From contig NZ_CP040089.1 in assembly GCF_009617975.1 (NCBI RefSeq), positions 300,001 to 332,000 of the forward strand: DNA of 32,000 bases. The letters run 5' to 3'. Source of the DNA: Candidatus Nanohalobium constans. GTDB lineage: Archaea; Nanohalarchaeota; Nanosalinia; Nanosalinales; Nanosalinaceae. The position numbers and the translations under genes are program-made. Below the pieces are notes generated by a model that did not search any database, was not told the origin of the DNA, and was given only the letters and a program-made list of their open reading frames with translations. Within the stretch, counting starts at the first letter, position 1. Every line of letters begins with the position of its first letter. This document shows positions 23,895-29,837 of the stretch, piece by piece.

Positions 23895-24701
23895 ATGAAA
23901 GCATTAATTATCGGAGATTGTCATGGCGAGATGCCTGAACTCCCTGAAAAAGCTGATTTTGACCTGGTTCTGGCTGTAGGTGATATCTGCGGGGGAACGG
24001 ATGAGATGCGTTCTGCGATGTTTGAGGCTCGAGGAAGTGAGGAAGAATGGTATGAAGTATTTGGTGAAGAGAGGGCTGAAGAGGTCGTAAGAAGCTCTAT
24101 TAAGAAGGGGAAAGAAATTCTTTCCAAGTTAGATTCTCTAGGTGTTCCGATTTTTGTCGTTCCTGGTAATTGGGACTGGACAGGTGAGAACTCTGACTGG
24201 GAGTTTCTGGACGGAAAAGGTTATCCCGAGATGCTCAAGGAATTTGAAAACATCTATAACTTGAATTTTTGTAGGGAGGAAGTCAATGGCTGGAATTTTG
24301 TGGGTTATGGTCCTTGTTCGGGTCCTGAGGTTCCGCAGTATGAGGATGACAAGCCTGGATCTGATGAAGAAATGGAAGAGATCAGGGCAGAGTATGAAGA
24401 AAAGAAGAATTGTTTGAAAGAGGTCTTTACTGAGGATAATACCGTCTTCTTATCTCATAATGTGCCTCAGGGAACTTCGCTTGATGAGATTGATAATCCG
24501 GATTCTCCGGTTGATGGAAGGCATTATGGTTCTGTTATTGTCAAGGAGCTAGTTGAAGAGTTTGGTCCTGAGTACAGTATTGCGGGTCATATGCATGAAG
24601 CAGAGGGCAGAGAGAAAATTGGAGAAACGGAATGTTTGAATACTGGTTTGAATACTGTTTGGGTTTTGGATACTGAGGAAGGGATTTCGAAGTATTCTTA
24701 G
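23895..24701 (+). CDS. Calcineurin-like metallophosphoesterase
   Basis: The motifs are IIGDCHG, AVGDICGG, VPGNWD, SHNVP and GHMHE, in the canonical order for the family. Confidence 0.8.
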   Translation: MKALIIGDCHGEMPELPEKADFDLVLAVGDICGGTDEMRSAMFEARGSEEEWYEVFGEERAEEVVRSSIKKGKEILSKLDSLGVPIFVVPGNWDWTGENSDWEFLDGKGYPEMLKEFENIYNLNFCREEVNGWNFVGYGPCSGPEVPQYEDDKPGSDEEMEEIRAEYEEKKNCLKEVFTEDNTVFLSHNVPQGTSLDEIDNPDSPVDGRHYGSVIVKELVEEFGPEYSIAGHMHEAEGREKIGETECLNTGLNTVWVLDTEEGISKYS

Positions 24702-25477
24702 AAGTCGCCTAGGCTCCTGTTACCAGGATACTGCATACCGTCTTCAGCGAATGTTACCTTGGCATCTACTTGTTCTTTCAGCCATTCTTCCTGTTTTTCT
24801 AGGTCTGAGTTGAGGAATTTTTGTCCAAAGTGTGTTATTATGATGTTTTCTACTTCTGTCTGTTCTACTATTTTCGGTACTTCGTCTAGTGAGGTGTGTC
24901 CTTTGATTCCTTCGTTTCTTGGGCGTGAGCAGTAAATTACTAGTGTGTCGCATCCTTTGTAGAGTTCTGTGAGTTCGTCTGAGTACTGTGTGTCTGTCCA
25001 GAAACCTATCTTCTTTTCCTCTGTCTCCAGTGTGAATCCCTGTGTTTTTGGGTCGCCGTGGAACATTTCCTGGCTCTCGATCTTCAAATCTTTGAATTCG
25101 TGTTTTGAATCTTCCTCAAGGACTTTTACTTCCATGCAGAGGTCTTTATGGTAGTTGCTGACCGCTTTCTCCACTTCTCCGTAGCCATGGATAACTGATT
25201 CAGAACCGAAGACTGCGCCTGGCTTATCCGATGCCTGAGTCATCATCCCAATCAACGGCTCGACATCATTCGAATGATCGGGATGAGCATGAGAAACCAA
25301 GACAGCCTCAGTATCCAGAGGATTATCCAACTCCTCATGACAATGATACAGGGCACCGGGACCGGGATCTACATGAATCTGAGTATCACCTGTTTGAACC
25401 ACTATGCCACCAGTCTGCCTATTCTGATAACCAGTAACATATCTTCCTCCGCCAGTCCCCAAGAACTTGAGTTTCAT
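24698..25477 (-). CDS. Metallo-beta-lactamase-fold hydrolase
   Basis: The MBL metal-binding motif is SHAHPDHSND, the N-terminus is KFLGTGGG, and His/Asp positions follow downstream. Confidence 0.8.
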   Translation of the reverse strand: MKLKFLGTGGGRYVTGYQNRQTGGIVVQTGDTQIHVDPGPGALYHCHEELDNPLDTEAVLVSHAHPDHSNDVEPLIGMMTQASDKPGAVFGSESVIHGYGEVEKAVSNYHKDLCMEVKVLEEDSKHEFKDLKIESQEMFHGDPKTQGFTLETEEKKIGFWTDTQYSDELTELYKGCDTLVIYCSRPRNEGIKGHTSLDEVPKIVEQTEVENIIITHFGQKFLNSDLEKQEEWLKEQVDAKVTFAEDGMQYPGNRSLGDF

Positions 25478-25551
25478 ATGTTTACTATTTTTCTGATGAT
25501 TCTTTTGTAAGAATCAATTCAATAATATTGTTTGTCGTCAGTAGGTAAAAT

Positions 25552-25872
25552 ATGGGGGCGAATCTTGAGGCTGAAATTTTGACTGCCGACAGAGAAGAGG
25601 GAATACTGATAGGTGAAGCAATTTTAGAGGGTAAGAGGCTTGATTTGTATTTAGAATCCAACCTCTGGTCGGGAACAGTGGGAGTAGATGTAGAAAACTC
25701 CGAAGCATATGATGTACAGGAAATCGAATCAACGCCCTCGATAGCATATAATGAAGATGGTACTGTGTCATTAGCATATAGGTCAGATGCAGGACACCCT
25801 AGACTTCCAGAAACTGATGAAGAGCTTTCTGCTTATGTACTTAAAGCCTTATCAGATGGCAACTATATATGA
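25552..25872 (+). CDS. Hypothetical acidic protein (orphan)
   Basis: 106-aa ORF with an ATG start. The A/T-rich aataatatt lies about 23-31 nt upstream. I recognise no family. Confidence 0.4.
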   Translation: MGANLEAEILTADREEGILIGEAILEGKRLDLYLESNLWSGTVGVDVENSEAYDVQEIESTPSIAYNEDGTVSLAYRSDAGHPRLPETDEELSAYVLKALSDGNYI

Positions 25873-25920
25873 ATAGAAAAACCAACAAAACAAGTATTGT
25901 GTTACTCCATAACAACAACA

Positions 25921-25927
25921 TTTATAA
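25921..25927 (+). promoter_or_regulatory. Consensus-like archaeal TATA box (TTTATAA)
   Basis: tttataa lies 24-30 nt upstream of ATG 25951, which predicts a leaderless transcript starting at or near that ATG. Confidence 0.5.
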
Positions 25928-25950
25928 GTGTCGCAACCCAAGTATAACAT

Positions 25951-26070
25951 ATGATCTCAATGAGCCAAAACGAATACAGTTCAATCGCGGAAAAGTCCCT
26001 TGAGGAGCTAAGGGAAGAAACTCCTAACACTCAAACCCAGTTAAAAACCAGAGAAATCGAGACCAGGTGA
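25951..26070 (+). CDS. Candidate 39-aa leaderless micro-ORF
   Basis: Hand translation gives MISMSQNEYSSIAEKSLEELREETPNTQTQLKTREIETR, ending at TGA 26068-26070. It falls below the ORF-track cutoff. Supporting points are the TATA box at -27 and a stop codon embedded in the Shine-Dalgarno site of the next ORF. Confidence 0.3.
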   Translation: MISMSQNEYSSIAEKSLEELREETPNTQTQLKTREIETR

Positions 26071-26076
26071 TTGGCT

Positions 26077-26382
26077 GTGAAGGATATTAAGCCAAAGTCT
26101 TCGGTATCCTCAGAATATAGTATTGATGGGGATTCGTATTCTATAGAAAGAGTAACTTATGCAGTAGGTGGTGAAGAGATTGATAACACTAGAATTAGGA
26201 AGGATGGAGAAATTGTAGCAAGTAAAACAGTTGCGGAGTCTGGTCTTGAGGAAGTTACTAGCAATTATGAAGATATGGAGTCATACATTCATGAAAATGC
26301 AGAGAAAAAAACTTCCGAATCTTGGGGCTCTACTGATCGAAGACTTGAAGGTGAGTCACCTGTTGGAGGTGCTTTGCAATGA
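26077..26382 (+). CDS. Hypothetical acidic protein (orphan)
   Basis: The ORF track starts it at TTG 26071. I prefer GTG 26077 because AGGTGAT (26065-26071) is a 7-nt match to the archaeal Shine-Dalgarno consensus about 6 nt upstream. I recognise no family. Confidence 0.4.
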   Translation: MKDIKPKSSVSSEYSIDGDSYSIERVTYAVGGEEIDNTRIRKDGEIVASKTVAESGLEEVTSNYEDMESYIHENAEKKTSESWGSTDRRLEGESPVGGALQ

Positions 26383-26780
26383 AGTCAGATCTAGCTGATG
26401 ATTTGCGTGGGGTTGGCAATTATTCTGATGATGCAGTTGAGGCAGATGTAGCTAGGACTGATATAGGGAAAATTATCCAGACTATGAATGACTATGATAT
26501 AGTAGAGGACCCGGAAAGTGAGAGATATATTCTTAGTGATGGTACACACCAGTATTCAGTGGAAATTCAGTGGACAGATATGGGAGATGAAGAGGAAGTA
26601 GCAGTCTATATCCAAGAGTCACACACAGGATTTCATAATGAGGCACTAGAACAGGGAAGTACTATGAACACAGGAGAAATCTTACAGCCATCTGAGGATG
26701 GTGCTACATTCGGTGATCCATCTGAAGCACTTCGTCAAGGAGCAAATAGAGCACCAAGTAAGAGAGAAAGAGGGTTTTAA
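26379..26780 (+). CDS. Hypothetical acidic protein (orphan)
   Basis: 133 aa. The ATG overlaps the upstream stop as ATGA (26379-26382). A GGAGGTG Shine-Dalgarno site at 26365-26371 lies 7 nt upstream. I recognise no family. Confidence 0.45.
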   Translation: MKSDLADDLRGVGNYSDDAVEADVARTDIGKIIQTMNDYDIVEDPESERYILSDGTHQYSVEIQWTDMGDEEEVAVYIQESHTGFHNEALEQGSTMNTGEILQPSEDGATFGDPSEALRQGANRAPSKRERGF

Positions 26781-28885
26781 TTCACTTCACTCCCTATATC
26801 TATCTCTTCTTCTGTTGTCAGCATTGTGACTTTTCCTTCTTCGTTTTCTGCTGCCAGCATCATGCACTCACTTTTCTCTCCACGCAGCTCGGTGGGTTCC
26901 AGGTTGGCTAGGACGATCACATTTTTGCCTTTTAGTTCTTCTTTGGTGTAGTGGTTTTTGAGTCCGGCGCAGGTCTGTAGCGTTGCTTTGCCTACATTTA
27001 CCTGTACTTTGTAGAGTTTGTCTGCGTTTGGATGTTCTTCGACTTCTTCTACTTGTCCTGTTCTGATGTCCATGTCCATGAAGTCGTCGAAGCTGACTGT
27101 GTCCTCGTTAAAAACCTGTTCTTCCGAGTTCTCGTCTTCTTGTTCCATGTTTTCGTCCTCTAGTTGTTCTTGGTGTTGTGATGTGTCGATTTTCTCGAAT
27201 AGGATCTCTCTTTCTCCGAGTTCGTGTCCTGGTTCCAGCGCTCCTACTGTACCCTCTAATTCGTTCTTTTCTTCGTTTACATCGATTTCTGTGTTGAGTT
27301 GGTCTGCGATGCTTTTGCTGGATTCGGGTATGAAGGGGTAAATTGCTTTGCTTAGGGCGTTGATTATTTGTACTGCGACATAGATTGTTTCTTCTCTTCT
27401 CTCTTCGTGGTTCCATGGCTGTTCTTTGCTGAGGTATTTGTCTCCGTGCCTGGCGATTTCTAGGGCGGTGTCTAGTGCTTCCTTCAACTCTTTATCCTCA
27501 AATTCTTTATCGTATTCTTCTAGCAGGTTTTCTGTTTTCTCCAGTGCTTTTTCATCCTTTTCTTCGAGTTCTGGTTCTGGTACTTTGTTGTCGAACCAGT
27601 CTTCTGCTAGACTCAAAGTCCTGTTGACGAAGTTGCCGACCGTGTTGTTTAGCACTCCGTTGATTTCATGTTCGAAGTCTTCCCAGTCGAAGTTTGTGTC
27701 TTCCGAGGTTGGAAGTCTTCTGGCTAGGTAGAATCTCCAGTAGTCGGCTCTGTAGTACTCCGCAGCTTCGTTGATGAAAATTCCTCTATTCCGGGAGGTG
27801 GAGAATGCTCCGTCGTTCCACATCAGGTACTGCTGAATGAACTCGTAATCTGGTAAACCATAGCTCATTTCCTCGTTTGAGGCACCGAGCAGCATTGTAG
27901 GGAAGATCACTGCGTGGAAGATGGCGTTGTCCTTGCCGATTGAATGGATGATCTCTGACTTTTCATTCCAGTAGTCTCTCCATTCGCCTGAATCGTTGAA
28001 GAGCTCTCTTGTAAATCCTATGTAACCTATCGGTGCGTCAAACCAGACATAAAGAACCTTGTCTTCGTACTTGTCTTCATCCAGCTTTTCCACGTTCAGA
28101 TTTTCTTCTTCGATCCTCTGGTTTACTCTTTCTACTGGTATCTGGAATCCCCAGTCTTGGTCTCTTGTAATGGACCGGTCCTCGGCTTCTTCCAGGTCGT
28201 GTAGTATCTGTTTCTCCATGCTTTCCGGAACCGGTTTCTCCTGTTTGATCCATTCTTTCAAGTCTTCTTTGTATTCGGTGAGGTCTAGGAATAGGTGGTC
28301 AGTCTCTCTGAATTCTATATCATTGTTTCCACAGATCTGGCATTCCGGGTTCTCTATTTCTTTCGGTTCTATCAGTTTTCCACATTCATCGCATTGGTCT
28401 CCTCTTGCTAGTCCTCCGCAGTGTGGACAGTCTCCTTCGATGTATCTGTCTGGTAAGAATCTCTCATCGTTATGGCAGTAGGCCATGTTCTGTGTTTTTT
28501 CGTTGATCAATCCTTTGCAGTATATCTCTTCGAACATGTCGTGGGTCTGTTTCTTATTGTGTTCGCTGTGAGTATCTGAGAAGATTGAGAAATCTACATT
28601 CAGGCTTTCGTATGCTTCCTTGACTTTTCTGGTCTGTTCATCTTTAATATTTCTTGGATTGACTCCTCTTTCCAGTGCTTCTAGTTCGAGCGGTGTTCCG
28701 TGTACGTCTCCGCCGCAGATGAACTCGTTTCGTACTCCTTTAATATCTAGGAATCTGTGGTATAGTTCTGCTGGTAGTACGCTTCCTGCCATGTTTCCTA
28801 GGTGTGGCATTCCTTGTACATATGGGAGTGCTGAGGTAACCGTAACCTTTCTGTTGGAGTTAGCTGATGTAATTTTCGAGTTCAC
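26777..28885 (-). CDS. metG: Methionine--tRNA ligase with a C-terminal Trbp111/EMAPII-like tRNA-binding domain
   Basis: 702 aa with a GTG start. SALPYVQGMPHLGNMAGSVLPAELYHRF is the eukaryote/archaea-type HIGH region. The Zn knuckles are CPHCGG ... CDECG and CQICG. The C-terminal RTGQVEEVEEHPNADKLYKVQVNVG ... SECMMLAAE is the OB-fold tRNA-binding domain. Confidence 0.9.
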   Translation of the reverse strand: MNSKITSANSNRKVTVTSALPYVQGMPHLGNMAGSVLPAELYHRFLDIKGVRNEFICGGDVHGTPLELEALERGVNPRNIKDEQTRKVKEAYESLNVDFSIFSDTHSEHNKKQTHDMFEEIYCKGLINEKTQNMAYCHNDERFLPDRYIEGDCPHCGGLARGDQCDECGKLIEPKEIENPECQICGNNDIEFRETDHLFLDLTEYKEDLKEWIKQEKPVPESMEKQILHDLEEAEDRSITRDQDWGFQIPVERVNQRIEEENLNVEKLDEDKYEDKVLYVWFDAPIGYIGFTRELFNDSGEWRDYWNEKSEIIHSIGKDNAIFHAVIFPTMLLGASNEEMSYGLPDYEFIQQYLMWNDGAFSTSRNRGIFINEAAEYYRADYWRFYLARRLPTSEDTNFDWEDFEHEINGVLNNTVGNFVNRTLSLAEDWFDNKVPEPELEEKDEKALEKTENLLEEYDKEFEDKELKEALDTALEIARHGDKYLSKEQPWNHEERREETIYVAVQIINALSKAIYPFIPESSKSIADQLNTEIDVNEEKNELEGTVGALEPGHELGEREILFEKIDTSQHQEQLEDENMEQEDENSEEQVFNEDTVSFDDFMDMDIRTGQVEEVEEHPNADKLYKVQVNVGKATLQTCAGLKNHYTKEELKGKNVIVLANLEPTELRGEKSECMMLAAENEEGKVTMLTTEEEIDIGSEVN

Positions 28886-28910
28886 CTGTCCAATTTTCTG
28901 GTTGAGAATC

Positions 28911-28920
28911 TTTTAAATTT
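28911..28920 (-). promoter_or_regulatory. TATA-like box upstream of metG
   Basis: The reverse complement, aaatttaaaa, lies 26-35 nt upstream of the GTG start (28883-28885). Confidence 0.4.
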
Positions 28921-28960
28921 CAGATAGTGTTCGGATCGGCAGGATAAAAGAAGTTTTTCT

Positions 28961-29740
28961 CTAAATTAGTTTTCTTTTGAGTCTGTTCAGATTTGATAGG
29001 CCGAAGTCTGGCTGCTTTTTTTCTTCTGCTTTGGCTATTTTTTGCCTTGTGATGTCGCCGCTCATGACTGCTCCGGTTTTCATGCCTAGTTCGTTGCCTG
29101 TTTTGATGTCTGCTAGTCTGTCGCCGATGAATAGTGAACCGGTTGGAACATAGGTGAAGTAGTTTCTGAATTCGTCTCTGAACTCTTCGCTAGGCTTGCC
29201 GACCAGTCTTACATTGTCTGCGTAGGTTCGGAGTGCTTTGTTGAATGGTTCTTGGTGTGGTTGCTTGCTGTTAGTCTTTCTGAATACTTTTTCTGTGCTA
29301 CAGATGTAGAGTTCTCCGTCTTCTTGAAGTATTTTCATGGCTTTTCTGAGTTTTTCGTAGTTGAACTGTCTGTCAAGTCCTGCTACTACTATATCTGCGT
29401 TCTGTGAGATTTCTATGTCTTCCTCTTCTAGTTCGTCGATTAATCCTTTTTCGCCTATTGCGTAAACCTGTTTAACATTTTCATCTGCCAGTACCTGGGC
29501 TGCTACATATCCTGAGGTAATTATGTCGTCTTTTTCGACAGGGATATTCATCGAGGAGAGTTTCTGGGCGTAGCCTTTTCTTGAGAGTATGTTGTTATCG
29601 GTGTGGAATCTAATCTTTTTATCTTTTTCTCTGAGTGTGTCGATAAGGTCTTCTGCTCCGATTATTGTTTTGTCCCAGTTCCAGATGGTCTTGTCTAGGT
29701 CGAAGAAGTATGTATCTTTTTTCTTTATTTCGGGCTTCAT
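28961..29740 (-). CDS. HAD-superfamily hydrolase, subfamily IIA (NagD/PNPase-like)
   Basis: Motif I is FFDLDKT (DxDxT). Motif IV is FIGDRLADIKTGNELGMKTGAVMSG. A cap domain lies between them. Confidence 0.8.
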   Translation of the reverse strand: MKPEIKKKDTYFFDLDKTIWNWDKTIIGAEDLIDTLREKDKKIRFHTDNNILSRKGYAQKLSSMNIPVEKDDIITSGYVAAQVLADENVKQVYAIGEKGLIDELEEEDIEISQNADIVVAGLDRQFNYEKLRKAMKILQEDGELYICSTEKVFRKTNSKQPHQEPFNKALRTYADNVRLVGKPSEEFRDEFRNYFTYVPTGSLFIGDRLADIKTGNELGMKTGAVMSGDITRQKIAKAEEKKQPDFGLSNLNRLKRKLI

Positions 29741-29761
29741 GTTTTGTTATTGTTTGATTAA

Positions 29762-29772
29762 TTTATTATAAA
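29762..29772 (-). promoter_or_regulatory. TATA-like box for the HAD gene
   Basis: The reverse complement of tttattataaa lies 22-32 nt upstream of ATG 29738-29740. Confidence 0.35.
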
Positions 29773-29804
29773 TCGGAAGCTAGGTTTTCCTGGGTGTCTG
29801 TTCA

Positions 29805-29813
29805 TTTTTTATT
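29805..29813 (+). promoter_or_regulatory. TATA-like box for the vWA/CARDB gene
   Basis: ttttttatt lies 25-33 nt upstream of ATG 29838. Confidence 0.4.
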
Positions 29814-29837
29814 GTGTCGTTACTAATTGTGGTTTGG

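Noticed and set aside
26068-26070. In-frame TGA between the 39-codon ORF and the 103-codon ORF as evidence for UGA recoding (Sec, Trp or Gly).
   Set aside because: TGA terminates clearly bona fide genes in this window (vapC, mscS, dcd, NYN). I saw no SECIS-like structure. The TGA sits inside a strong AGGTGAT Shine-Dalgarno site placed for a GTG restart, so ordinary translational coupling explains it. Low-level readthrough remains possible.
26071-26382. C-terminus ...SPVGGALQ as a ubiquitin-like/SAMP precursor partnered with the E1-like gene at 4220.
   Set aside because: It lies 21 kb from the E1 gene. The sequence shows no obvious beta-grasp pattern, and the GG is not terminal. There is no supporting evidence.
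25500-26780. A confident claim that this region is a low-GC genomic island.
   Set aside because: Only a few hand-counted lines support it (33-42 percent G+C), and other lines nearby are average. It needs a computed GC and k-mer profile before being asserted.
27108-27416. A 102-aa R/T/K-rich ORF on the - strand inside metG.
   Set aside because: It is an alternative frame of the metG coding region. Its highly basic, low-complexity product is an artefact of reading the GAA/GAG-rich sequence out of frame.
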